A DNA stretch of 63,999 nucleotides. Source: Dicyema japonicum. Its lineage: Eukaryota; Animalia; Dicyemida. Positions 26,356 through 38,959 of the stretch are shown piece by piece (positions within the stretch are counted from its first letter, which is position 1; every line of letters begins with the position of its first letter). The notes under the pieces are model-generated. The model did no database searches, had not been told where the DNA came from, and saw only the letters and a program-made list of their open reading frames with translations. A program made the translations under genes and the position numbers. The DNA lies in the NCBI GenBank assembly GCA_011109175.1, contig RDEW01000031.1, positions 529,217-593,215 on the forward strand, read 5' to 3'.

Positions 26356-27003
26356 CACTTCATATTAGTCATTTTCCACATCAATTAAGTCGTTTTCCAT
26401 ATCAATTAAGCCGTTTCTATTTTAATTGAGTCGCGTTCCAAATCAATTAAGTCGTTATCCGCTTCAAACAAGTCACCTTCAATTTCAAATAAGTCACTAT
26501 ATTTGTTTGGTTGTGATTTTATCTCTTCATTAGTTTAAATGCCGAATCTAGCGAATCAATTTGGTCATAAGATGTAATTGTGAATAGGATTTCCAACGAA
26601 ACAAAACGTATAATCTTCTCAAATTGTGAATATGGACGATCTATAACTGCAATTGGGAATATTTTGGGAATTCCTCGGACATACTTGCGAGAAGGCCGCA
26701 TACATGGTAGAGGTGGATTGAGATTTTCCAAAGTGACATCAGAAATTAAAACCTATCTTTAGAATTTTGTTGATGAAAAATGTGAAGACTTACGAAATAT
26801 AGAAGATTGTTTGTTACTCTGAATTAAGTCAAATTTTTGAATGTCTTTTAAAATAAATACTTTGGTTTTTTTATTTTTTTTGAAAATTTTGCTTTAAAAA
26901 ATATGACTTATTTGAAATTGAAAGTGACTCTTTTGAAGTGGAAAATGACTTAATTGGATTGGAAAATGATTTAATTGGGGTGAAAAATGACTAATATGAA
27001 GTG
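26356..27003 (+). mobile_element. Non-autonomous Tc1/IS630-like deletion derivative with long imperfect TIRs
   Basis: Left end (TA)cacttcatattagtcatttt and right end gactaatatgaagtg are inverted over about 110-150 bp. Inside is the HTH remnant RISNETKRII...GGLRFSKVTSEIK. Confidence 0.75.
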
Positions 27004-27198
27004 GAAATCCTGTATAGCAGAGCCAAGTCCGTAGTGGTCGCGTTCTGAGTTTATTAGTATAAGTCTAAACTCTCAGTAAATCTCAATAACTGGATCTTTC
27101 ACTTTATCTGCAGTGACCTTATATGATATTAAATCATTTATCAACCCCTTTCCGTTTTTCTTACGAACAGATTATTCAAACCGAGTGAATAAGGTATA

Positions 27199-28090
27199 TA
27201 GTAAAGTCTCTCGAATCCGCCAATTATAACTAATAAATTCTCTTATCCGCCATTTTTTCTAACAAAATTTCTCGAATCCGCCACGTCTCCTAATTTTAAA
27301 TAATTTTTTAAATAACTTATTAACACGTTGTCATTGTGTATTGTTGATTTAATGAAACGTAACTGTACACGATTAAAACACAAACAATAAATTTTCATTT
27401 TAAAGTTTATTGAATTACCTTCGATAAAAATTTCAGAATTTTTTTCCAAAAAATGTAATGCACTTATTTCTTGTAGATTGATGATCTGGAAAGTAAAAGA
27501 AAATCTGAAAATATGTTAAATAACATGCAATCTGACATTTCTCGCAAAGAATATTTAAAGTTCAGTGAAATCAATTTTGATACGATTTCTTGGGTTAATT
27601 CAATGGATGTTAAAGGAGCCATTTTAAACTATGAAATTATCACTGAGAAAGCCAAAAGATTTGCATCGAAACGAAGGCTCACTGATTTCAAAAAAAGCAA
27701 AGGGTGGCTTGTTAAATTTAAAAAGAGGAATGGTTTGAAGTTACGAAATATGCATGGAGAATCTGCAACTTTAAATTTTGACCCTAATGTGGTATCAGAT
27801 TTTATTAAATTAATCAAAAATAAAATCAATCTCTACGGAGCTCGATACCGTCCAAAAGTGTAAAAACCTTAAATCAGGTTATATAGTATTGAAAGACAGA
27901 GTTTCAGTCATTTTATGTACAAATGTGGAGGTTACAGATAAACGAACACCCTTATTTATTGGGATGTTTAAAAATCCTCGATGTTTTAAAAATTTTGATA
28001 TTAAAATATGTCACATTTTCTAATTCAAAAAAGCATGGATGGATAGCCAAATGTTTAATCAATTTCTTTTGAAATGGGAAATAGAATTTG
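27199..28090 (+). mobile_element. pogo/Tigger-like DNA transposon remnant
   Basis: TIR-like tagtaaagtctctcgaatccgcc. CENP-B-type HTH (FKKSKGWLVKFKKRNG...HGES). DDE_1-like pieces KDRVSVILCTN, PLFIG, KAWMDS. Confidence 0.8.
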
Positions 28091-28159
28091 ATTTTAATGA
28101 TTGAAGAGCTGAATGATTCGGAGAAAATATTTATGTTTTATTTAAGAAAGAAAACAAAG

Positions 28160-28830
28160 TAAATGGTTATTTAGAAGCAGCCCTGACTACGTGGTTATTC
28201 CCTCTCCGGATCCGAGAGCGATATTCGCTCAAATAACTATCAGCGCTCACGAAGGTCTCCTGTTTGTGTATCGATCTGATTCCCTAGACGATTCAAGAAT
28301 TCCAACGTCGCAGGCGCAATAGAACCAGACGTCTTAACNAAATAGAGTAAATGGTTATTTAGAAGCTGCCCTGACTGCGTGGCTATTCTCTCTCAGGATC
28401 CGAGAGCGATATTCGCTCAAATAACCAGCAGCGCTCACGAGGATCTCCTGTTCGTGTATCGATCTGATTCACTAGACGATTCAAGAATTCCAACGTCGCA
28501 GGCGCAATAGAACCAGACGTCTTAACGCCGAGTGGAACAAACAAAAAATCCTTGGGTAGGACCGCTTACTTTACCTTTCTCATCTTCTTGGCCTTCTCAG
28601 CAGAAGAACAGGAGGCACTCAGGAGTAGGTTGCAAGAGGCAAATGTTTCGGTGCAGAAAACGTCTAAGACAAGAGGTTTCTTGGCTTCAAAAGGGAAGAT
28701 TGTCATCCCATCTGGTCGTTTCCCGGCTTCAAAAGGGAAGATTGTCATTTCATCTGGTCACCTGCAAAGACCGACAGGTTTGAGTATGGATGGGTGTCCG
28801 TCCGGCGGCGTCCAAAGCTCATCGTGCAAT
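28160..28830 (-). mobile_element. CRE-like LINE 3' portion
   Basis: GKRPDGMTIFPFEAKKPLVLDVFCTETFA: PD-(D/E)xK restriction-like endonuclease region. Confidence 0.75.
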
Positions 28831-29129
28831 TTTTTACAATTAAAAAAAATTTTTATTATAAAAATTTGCTCCGAGGGAACTCGTTTGCGATAGAACAAGA
28901 AATTGATAGTGAAGAACCCCTTGAAGAAAGGCAGAAAGGTGTAATTATTAGCGAGGCTTTTCTAGCCTTAAATAAATAAAAAAAATTCTATAATCAAGAA
29001 GAATTCTTTAATGTCAAAATCTTGTGTCTATTGAAAAGCTTGGATCTTCAATCATCCGAACATTAAAGTGAAACAAATCAAAAATACTGATTTTTTGCTT
29101 ATAAATAATTTTTTGATTTACATTATCAA

Positions 29130-29990
29130 TGAATGAAAAAATCAATAAGTCTCTCGAGTCCCCCAGATTTTGCCGATCCCCGAAATTGGCGGATTCCAGC
29201 ACATATGTTTGTCCTTATTCTACTTATGATGTGTGGAGACATTGAGCCCAACCCTGGTCTTCGTAGNAAAAATACTGATTTTTTGCTTATAAATAATTTT
29301 TTGATTTACATTATCAATGAATGAAAAAATCAATAAGTCTCTCGAATCCCCCAGATTTTGCCGATCCCCGAAATTGGCGGATTCCAGCACATATGTTTGA
29401 CCTTATTCTACTTATGATGTGTGGAGACATTGAGCCCAACCCTGGTCTTCGTGGTTACCTGAAGATGCTACAATTAAATGTTAATGGAATCAGAAGGAAA
29501 ATCCTCGAACTTAGCATTCTTCTCTGATGAAATCACCTTGATATTGCATTTAATCAGGTATATAAGCTCTCTTCCACCCTACCAACACCTAATTTGCCCC
29601 TCCATAGTGTGATTTTTAACGACCGCCATGGTGGAGGTTTACTTATCATTCATTATATGAACGGCTTATCCTTCACAGATATCGTAGATTTCAGAGCTTT
29701 TGAGTCAGGACTCTATCACCGGACAGATCAAAATCAACTTTCCTTACTTATTCTGATCAACTTATATATCCCTCTTCAGGGATCCTTCCCTTCTCCCTAC
29801 AAATCACAATTATTTCGTATCCCCGAGTTGGAAAACATATTAATATGCAAGGATCTAGATAGAAAGCATCCACTCTGGTCAAACGTCCAGCCATCCAACA
29901 ACAGAGGGAACACATTTCAAACATCCTCGAGAACCCATTTGTGGATGACGCATGCACATTTCCGGACTTTACCATATTCTCACCCTCTCT
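29130..29990 (+). mobile_element. I/Jockey-like LINE: 2A-like motif plus APE endonuclease
   Basis: LLMMCGDIEPNPGL...LQLNVNGI, followed by DRHGGGLL and INLYIP. Confidence 0.8.
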
Positions 29991-30789
29991 AGCGAAAATT
30001 TACATAAAAAATGAACTAAAAAGCTCGAGTGTTTGTGGTCCTGACAGACCCATTCTGAAGCCTGGAACCTAAAAGAAATTAACTAGTTGTTGGTATCATA
30101 TCATTCTGTAACTTCAACCGCCAGGTCAACATGTACCCTGTTCATATTTTATCGATGGATAAAAGAGAAACACAAAATCCTAATTGGATTTGCGTAGATA
30201 CCCGTCAAAAGCTCTCCCATGATTCTAGGAGTAACCAATGGCAAGCTGATATGCNTCTAGCGGGACTCTACATGGAAAATGAACTAAAAAGCTCGAGTGT
30301 CTGTGGTCCTGACAGAACCATTCTGAAGCCTGGAACCTAAAAGAAATTAACGAGTGGTTGGTATCATATCATCTTGTAACTTCAACCACTAGGTTAACAT
30401 GTACCCTGTTCACATTTTACCGATGGAGAAAAGAGGAACCCAAAATCTTAATTGGAATTGCGTAGACACCCGTCAAAAGCTCTCCAATGATTCTAGGAGT
30501 AACCAATGGCAAGCTGATATGCATCATCACTCACACGAAAATGACTTTAAAGAAAGGGATCCAGAAACTGAACGCCACAAGCGCTGTTCGCATGAGTATT
30601 TTCTAATTGGGCAAATTCATCATAAAACTTTATCGACAAACTAACAGACTATGGAGTATGCCTCAGTCGCCTGGAGATTCTCACTATTCGAATTGAGGGC
30701 ACAAGAAGAATATTGATTACTATCAACCAAAGCGATAACTAAGTGATCACGAAGTGAATTTATTATTTTTTTAAGAAAACTTTTAGTGT

Positions 30790-31130
30790 GGGATGCTACT
30801 TGTGTCGACCTACTTTGCCCATACAACATTGTCGGGAGCGCGGTAGACACATTGTATGCCACAAAAAAACAATGAAAGCAAAGGAGAAAAATATGAAGCA
30901 TTGAACGATAGGTTCACTTTCTATCCCATTGTGTTCGAGACAACTGGAGAAATTAGTGGAAAATCGCTTCGCTTCCTATAGAAACTTGGACGCCTAGCTA
31001 CATTAAAAATCTACGACGTACGTGAGACCCGGTGGCTTCTCCAGTTGATCTCTGTTGCAACCGTGAGAGGCAACGCAACGTTGATAATGTCGGCGGGGTC
31101 CACTTTGGATGGTTGGCTGTGTTAATTAAA
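30790..31130 (+). mobile_element. CRE-like LINE 3' end
   Basis: RFTFYPIVFETTG...ISVATVRGNA. Confidence 0.65.
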
Positions 31131-31439
31131 TTCTATGCTCTTCTTTATGGTCGATTGGAATTCCTCTACGTGAACCACCCTTTCTCTGAATGAGTTTCCT
31201 GGTTCCTTGCAGAAACGTAGGAAACCCTCTTATGGGAGGTGACTGGCGATGGATGTTCTGTGGGATTGAATAAGTCGTATGGTTGAATTATTATTATTAA
31301 CCCCCGATACCCCGAGAACGAAGTTAACAGTAAACAACTTGTTAAGTGTATCCAGTTTCCACCTTTACAGAAAAAGTACAAAAGTCCATCCGGAACCAGC
31401 ATAAAAGGTAAAAGACCTCCATTTTCAGACGTCTATTGA

Positions 31440-34320
31440 TTTGAATACACGTGCCATGTAGTTCGCCGTTTCAAGTTGTGGACTCTACTTCACAATCAAA
31501 AAGGACCCACTATCCTTTTCAATCCAAAAAGATTATCCTTCCTGGACGGCCCCTATTGAATGCCTCATCCAACTTGGTCGAAACTCTGCTGATGCTCTCC
31601 GGAAAAATAAACGTAAATCCCGGTCCACCAAAAGCCCTCGTTCGCTTACAACTAAACATTAACGGAATAAGAGGTAAGGTCCTGGAGCTCAAAGACCATC
31701 TGAAAAAACAGAACACAGACATTTGCCTACTTTAAGAAACAAGACTATCTTCCTCCACTCCCTCCCCTGTCTTCCCGGGCTACAACATCATTCTACGTGA
31801 CCGCCCCTCGGGTCGCGGAGGTGGAGTCATCACTCTTATCAAGAAAGAAAGCACATCTCTACTTCTCCCATCCTGTTGAATATATCGGAATTTCAATTTC
31901 AACCAACTTTGGATGCCCAATAATACTGAACCTCTACGTACCTTCTACGAGTTCGTGCCCCAAAGGATGCAGCTTCTCACTGCCAGACATNCGTGGAGTT
32001 GAAGTCATCACTCTTATCAAGAAAGAAAGCACATCTCTATTTCTCCTATCCTGCCTATCCTTCTCCTATCGGAATTTCAATTTTAACCAACTTTGGATGC
32101 CCAACAATACTGAACCTCTACGTACCTCCTCCGAGTTCGTGCCCCAAAGGGTACAGCTTCTCACTGCCAGACATCGTTTAGCCCATTGACCTATTAGTAT
32201 ATGGAGACCCGAACGCGATCCATCCAATGTGGTTCAAAAACCAACCGGAAGACACCAGGGGAAACCACCTGCTATCGACGCTGAACCAACTTGTGGTATT
32301 AAACAATCCCATATTTAAAACAAGAACACCCTACAGAGGAAACGACAGAACTTCCTCCCTCCGACATGACATTTGCTTTTCCAAAAATTACCGCCCTAAT
32401 CAATTGGTCATTATCATACGCTACCACCAGTGACTATAACCCCATCATCATTACGTTCAAAGGAAGATTGTCCAATGAAAAAAACAATATTACGGGCAGA
32501 CTACATAAATGTCAACTGGAGTTTGTTTTCACACTTCGTCGACTATAACTTGCATGGTTTTGACCCTAACAGTTTCAACCCTCTCGATAACGCTTTACTC
32601 TACTTTAATGATGTACTGCGTGAGGGCATGAGGACTTTTATCAAAGAAAGCCAGTCCACTTCACGAAGAAGCCTTCCCGCGCACCCGATTCACTCACGAA
32701 GGAAAGAAATTGCCTAAAAAGCCTACAGAAACAGTNCGGCTATAACTTGCATGGTTTTGACCCTAACAGTTTCAACTCTCGATAACGCTTTACTCTACTT
32801 CAATGGTGTACTGCGTGAGGGCATGAGGACTTTTATCAAAGAAAGCCAGTCCACTTCACGAAGAAGCTTTCCCGCGCACCCGATTCACTCACGAAGGAAA
32901 GAAATTGCCTAAAAAGCCTACAGAAACAGTCTTGACAAAACCAGGGCGAAGATCCGAGCATTGGAGAGATCAGATACAAGGCTAAGATAAAACAGGAAAG
33001 AGACTGGAATAACCTTATGTACGCCTTAAACAAACAGTCCTCCCTCACGAGGATGTGGAATACTCTTCAAGGCTTTACCAACTCTTTGAGATCGCCTCCT
33101 TGCGAAGACATAATAATAATAAAGCCTTTTCACGAGAGCCATAATATTAGCTCCGCATAGGCAGGACACACACTTTATTTAAGTAAAGAACAGTTAATTT
33201 TGACTAATCGTAGAACCAAAAAATGATCTTCACTTCTTTTTTTCTTTTTCTTGTGTGAGTGTTCTTTCTAGACAATCCAGTTCCGCAGTGAGTATTCACT
33301 GATGACGGCGTCACTCGTCAAACCCTTTCTGCATCGTAGATGCGTGGAACCTTCCACCAGGTGAACAGCAGCGAGAATCGAACCCGTAACCTAAGTTACT
33401 TTAGCCCGACACCTAACCACTACGCCACTCGGCTAAAAACAAGAACTTTTACATAAAGAACAAGAACTTTTTAAACAAGATTATAAAATTTGACTTCTCC
33501 GTGAGCTGAGGGTCCTCCCACATCCTCAACAAAACCAAAACGCGAGGCAACCTCAAACAGCTTTTCAATGGACGTCGTGCGGAAGGCTATTCAGAACCAA
33601 AAATTTTATTACGCAAGTAGTCCAGATGGAATTCCCTCCATTGTACTTAAGAAAATAGGGTCCAACACCATCTTGGCCTTGACCAGAATTTACAACCTCT
33701 CTATCAATAGGAACTCGATTCTCACTCTATGGAAATTATCCCATATTCGTCCAATCTTAAAACCTGGACGACTCACCAGCTTCTTACAGACCAATATCCC
33801 TCGTGTGTGCCACCTTTAAAATCATTGAAAAAATCATTCTTGATCAGATTAAACCTTACCTTCCAGACGTATCCTTCCACATGAATTTAAGAAAGCTCGT
33901 TTCACAACTACTCACCTTACTTGTCTGACAAAATTCATCAAAGAAGGCCTTCAACGCAAACCTCGGCATCAAAAGACCATTATGTGTTCTATTGACATGC
34001 AGAAGGCTTCTGACTCAATACCGAGGGAACTGTTCACTAGGAAGATTTATGGCTCTAACATTCCGAACAACCTGAAAACTTTGCTTCCAAGAGACAGCAG
34101 CAAAAACCCTACAAAGATCCTCTTCGTCATTAAAACCAACCCCGTTCGAGGAACTCGTGAGGAGAACGGGAGCTCAGCCAAAATTCCTAAACTTCCGAAA
34201 AGTGATTCGTCCATACAGGAAGTGCGTCAACACTCGAGAAGAGCACCGAGGAAAGATGAGGTGGCTGCTCATGGGGACCAGGATCACCTGACGGCTCCTA
34301 CCTTCTTTTGTTTTTGTCGG
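31440..34320 (+). mobile_element. I/Jockey-like LINE (2A-like motif, APE, RT, 3' end), degraded and interrupted by a SINE
   Basis: LLMLSGKINVNPGP...LQLNINGIRGK, GDPNA.HP.W, SSPDGIPS, WKLSHIRPILKPG, IDMQKASD. Confidence 0.8.
33105..33434 (-). mobile_element. tRNA-derived SINE, family 1 (best-preserved copy)
   Basis: Minus strand AGCCGAG-TGGCGTAGTGG (A box)...GGTTCGATTCT (B box), about 250 bp of body, and a (TTA)n tail. Confidence 0.85.
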
Positions 34321-34599
34321 TGATTCTTGGTTTTTAAATTAAAAATTCATTGCAGTTGTAGAGACCACTCCAGTTTAGTGGGGGAGAGCAAATGATCCTT
34401 TTTCGTGCCACCTGAGACAAGTGGATTACATGACGCCACTCTAGTAGGAAATGGAAGAGGAGGAAGAGATAAAACAGGCAGAAATCTTAACCAATTAGCC
34501 ACATGGCCTTGCAAAAATATGCATAAAAATGAAGGTATTCATGGTTTGAATGACTAATATTTCTCGAATATTGCTTTAATAATAAATTAAATGAATAAT

Positions 34600-35370
34600 A
34601 ATAATAACGAGTAAATTAACTAATTAAGCGGATTTTGATCCAGATTGTTAGTAATCCCTCTTCTCTTAGAAGAAGAGTGTGCCATAACCTCTTTGTTACT
34701 CCCCATCTCCACATCAGATTTAGTCAAAATATCTCCGTTAGAGTCCAGTGAACTGTCCTCACGGCATTTCCACAAGTTGGGAGGTAGCAAAAGCGTACTC
34801 TTCATCGTATACCTTCATCCCATGCTTATGTTCAATGAGCATACTTTCGAGCGTTCTCTTCAGTACAACCGATTGGATGTAAGTCCTCGTTGATTCTTCA
34901 ATAGATAATTTATCCATATGATTCTTGAAGCATCATGAGACAACTCCATCCCATGTCAAAACCACTGGAATAATCTTCACTTGGCATTCATAGAGCAGCC
35001 AAAGTTCATTTGCTAGCAAGTCATATTTGTGAGGTTTCTCAACTTCAACTTGCTTTAGTCGGTCTTGTGAGGTAATCCCCACTTCAATTAAGGTTACTTT
35101 TTTATTTGTTTTGTCATACACAAAAATATCAGGTTTATTGTATTGTAATTTTGTTTCTGTCAAAATCGACATGTCAACTCTAATTTCTACATTTTGATTC
35201 GTCAATATTGACTGAACCGAATGTCCTTTCAATTTCCTGCTTCTTTTGATTCCATAAATTCTACAAAGATGAAAATGGATGCACTTTACCACTTCATTAT
35301 GTCTTCGGAGATAATCACTGTTTAGCATTTTACCACACTGAGTGGCCAAATGATCAATAGTTTTCTTGCT
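34600..35370 (-). mobile_element. NeSL/R4-like LINE 3' part (CCHC plus restriction-like endonuclease)
   Basis: ORF 34933-35349: CGKMLNSDYLRRHNEV...KPDIFVYDK...LIEVGIT...EKPHKYDLL...PVVLTWDG. Confidence 0.85.
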
Positions 35371-35390
35371 TTTTTTACAATGGTTGCATA

Positions 35391-36270
35391 ATGACCCCGT
35401 GTGTGCAAAAAAAACTAATTCCTATCCTGTACCTTTCCACTGCCAGTTTTATGACATGGTTATTACAGCATCACAGTGGAAAGGTCTTTTCTGGGAGTTG
35501 GGCCCCAGAGAAGTACGGGAGTGTCATAGCAACCGGGGGATCCGACTGCACTGTTCATATTCTTAATGAAGATGGTATATGGTGGCAACATTTGAAGAAT
35601 TCGTTTGTACGTCAACACAAATGTGGAGCCGACGATGGAAAAGATGTGACCTGCTAAGAAAAAGTCTGTTATTGCAGTAAATTCAACCCACGTGACCTCG
35701 TCCTGGTTGTTTGTATAATAATCGCAGGCTGTAATGACCATAAACGGAGTCATCAGCATTTGCTGTGCAAAGGAGCCGTGTTTCTTCCGCCACTGGTGCG
35801 CTGTTTACACGATTGAGTTGAACCTGACCTGCAGTTGTATTTGCTGGAGTACTTCCAGGTTGTTTTGTCGTTTTACGGTGAAAAAACCCGCAATCTCTTG
35901 CGATAGGCCTTACGCCTCTGAGTTGAACTCAAATTCCGTAATTCTGACAAATGTGACCGGGAAAATCAAAAAATATCTGGGGCCCAAAAAGTCAACAGTT
36001 AGTGACGTCATTTTTGCTCCCAAAATAGGACGACATCATCATTTATTGGGGGTGGCCACCAACGAGGTGGTCATGGTATATACATTCAACGAGTTTTATC
36101 CACAGTAGTTATTATAGGGATTTTATTGGGGGAGACTGTATAAGGGAGACGCTTATATGCAAGTTCAGTCAATTGGATGAGATAATTCCTCGTTTGGGGT
36201 GGAATGTCTTTGGGAATTCCTGGTTGTGTATGAGAGTACGTTCAAATGTCTCGCTTATAAGAGTTCTAGT
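35391..36270 (+). pseudogene. SEH1L: Seh1 nucleoporin/GATOR2 WD40 protein, apparently frameshifted and lacking its N-terminus
   Basis: HSGKVFSGSWAPEKYGSVIA, KFNPRDLVL, LTCSCICW, VSDVIFAPKIGRHHHLLGVAT and RLGWNVFG align with Seh1 repeats. Two frameshifts are needed near 35655-35690. Micro-introns at about 35575-35597 and 35707-35728. Confidence 0.6.
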
Positions 36271-36579
36271 TATTCGATTATTACAGGTGAATTCGATCAA
36301 ATTTCTTTTTCAAATTTCAAAAATTTACTTTTTTTTAATTTATACTTTTTATTTATTTTGTGATCATCTTTGGTTCCTAAGTGTTCTTTTCAAGGGAGCA
36401 TTAGATTTTCCGATGTTTGTGCAAATTTTACTTAGATCCAGGGTTCCCTCAGACTCATAGAATGTGAAGAGATACTAACCTGCCTCTTTGACAAGTCCCT
36501 ATATTCATTTATTGGGCATTCATATTTGAATCCATTTATTTAATAACCCCTGGTATACCTGAAGGAGGTCTAATTAAAG

Positions 36580-37900
36580 TATATCCGCTCCCATGGTCGG
36601 AGTGAGACACGTCCTTTCTAAGCATCACGTCAGTCCATATCCGACATTGTGGGAACCTCTCTAGTGAGCAGGAAAGAGATGGATCCTTTTTGATACCGGC
36701 TAGGTATTGGGAGTTTCCTGAGATAGGTGGATCTGTAGAAGAGACAGAGCAGAACGGAAATTTTTTGAGTCTCTGATTAAAAATGGTAAACCTCAATGAA
36801 CCGAAAGTGAACTTAATAAACCATTAGTTCACTTAGTACGTCTTTTCCATCTCTAATCTAAAGGAACCTTCGAACTTATCATCCAAAAACAACCACCCGA
36901 ATCGTCGGATCTACGCGAGACAGAAATTTGGAAGTACATTCCACGTTTGGCAACCACCACAGGTGATACATGATCTGCTATTTCATCTTTCCCAGGGAGC
37001 AATAGTGTTGCTTGGACGGCCTACGTCCGAACCATATGACAGACCTTACTTCTGCTAAAACCGCCGAAATGGGGAACTCTTTCATTAATTCAATAAAGAC
37101 CCTTACAGACCGCATTCTTCGGGCTGAAATCTCCGATTATGCCATAGGACTCTTTTTTGCATGCAAACTAATCGTCTTCAGAAAGCCTTATGGTGGGTTA
37201 GGACCAATCGCTACATAATCAGGCGCCCGACGGGGAAGAGTGTTGCCAAAACAGCAAGTAAGACTCTAAGCCCCAAACTGAGCTCTACTAAACTTGGGGT
37301 TGGAGTTCCTCATGGATGCGAAGCCATAATCCACTCAGTCCGGAAAATCTTTGCCAGTACGCCAGACACTACGAATGCTATAATAGTCAAACTGGACATC
37401 TGGAATGCTTTCAATAGCATTCGCAGAGATAGAATCATAGAAGCTAGCATCTCCAGGATCCCGGAAACTAGCAGAATAGATAAAATCTCATATGGTTCCC
37501 TATGCATGCTGATATTAGGACAACACATCATCGAACCCAAGACTGGAGTCGAACAAGGTGACCCCATTGGACATACTCTTGCCATGGGTATCGATTGTGA
37601 AGCTTCAGCGATCAGAACCTCACTAAAGTTATTGTACCTGGATGATACGACCATCGGAGAGAATTGGGAAATTGTGGTGGCAGAGGTTGAGTTCGCCATT
37701 TTTGCTATTGCAGCATTTGGTTGGAACCGAATCCGTAAAAATGTGAAATCGTTTTGCTTGCGAAGGACGACTTTAACCATGTAGTGACTACGATTTCTAC
37801 TTATCTCCAAGACATCTAGTCACCCGACTCGAAAACGTGATTTTTCTCGGTTCTCATGTATATAATATGTCAACTTTCCTTGAAGAAAAAATGTATCCGT
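36580..37900 (+). mobile_element. CRE-like LINE with RT domain
   Basis: KPYGGLGPIA, LGVGVPHGCEAIIHSVR, KLDIWNAFNSIRRD, GVEQGDPIG, YLDD. Confidence 0.8.
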
Positions 37901-38194
37901 TCAACTATTCACATCAAACTTAAAAACCATGTCTTTATTCTTCCTCACACGGAGCCATCGACAAGAAGATAAGACTGCCAGTAAAGAAACACTTAACATT
38001 TTTTTTATAAAACTGCCTGGATCCAATGCAAACTACTGCTTACTACGTAGGAATCTAAATACGGTTAGCACTAGAACTCGCCCTCCTGCTTTTCTATATT
38101 CGCCATATGCTTCCAATGGTCTCATAAACAAGATCCTACGCTATATTAAGGATCAGACGCTAAACCAGTGGCATGCACTATTCGGAAAGTATTA

Positions 38195-38930
38195 TTATTA
38201 TAACCCCGGGAACACAGGAAAGAGGAAAAAGTTATCGTCTAATTAAGTGATCCTGGTGTCAGTGCGTCTTCCTTTGTTTCGACTTTGTCTACAATCTTTT
38301 ATGATCGTCCAAAAGGGAGAAGGTTTGATCTCAAATTTGCGAGCATACTTCTGGTAGACAAGAAACTAATCTTCAAGGGGGCTACCGGAAGATCGCACCA
38401 TTTTCAAGAGTTTTGTTGTTCGTCACTGAGATGTTCCATAATTTTTTGAGATCTAATGTGTTTCATTTCTGACGTAGGCGTAATTCTGTCACATTTAAAA
38501 GGATCCGGAGGCATTGGTTTTGTATGACCTCTAATTCGTTTTGCGTGGATATTGACAATGGTGTAAGCCGTACATACATGTTCTATTGTCGGTAGAATAT
38601 ACTGTTTGATAATAATTTGAGATGAAAAAGTGAAAATATTAGATCTAGCAAAAGTCTTGAGGGTCCCATCTTTTTTTGAACTCTTGAAATTATTGTGTCC
38701 ACATGATGTGTGAACGTCATCAACAGGTCATATGTAACTCCAAGGATTGATGGGTTCTTATTAACTGGGATAAGCTCTCCATTCCAAGTTAATTTAGGAT
38801 CGAAGGATGTATGTTTCATGTAGGAGGAGATAATCACAGTGCTCGACTTCCCAGGATATTTTCATGTAATTTTTAAGAACCATGGGTTCATAATGTCGAG
38901 GGTCTCCTGAACCCTCCGCGCAGCACTATT
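38195..38930 (-). mobile_element. I/Jockey-like LINE 3' fragment
   Basis: Near-identical to 11333-12070, with the same GGGGTTATAATAAT end. Confidence 0.85.
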
Positions 38931-38959
38931 CAGAAAATATATAAGTTTAGATTTTTATT

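Noticed and set aside
33360-33434. Functional tRNA gene (also 19470-19533, 10630-10660, 21130-21170)
   Set aside because: A and B boxes are present, but acceptor and anticodon stems do not pair, and each runs into a repeated SINE body.
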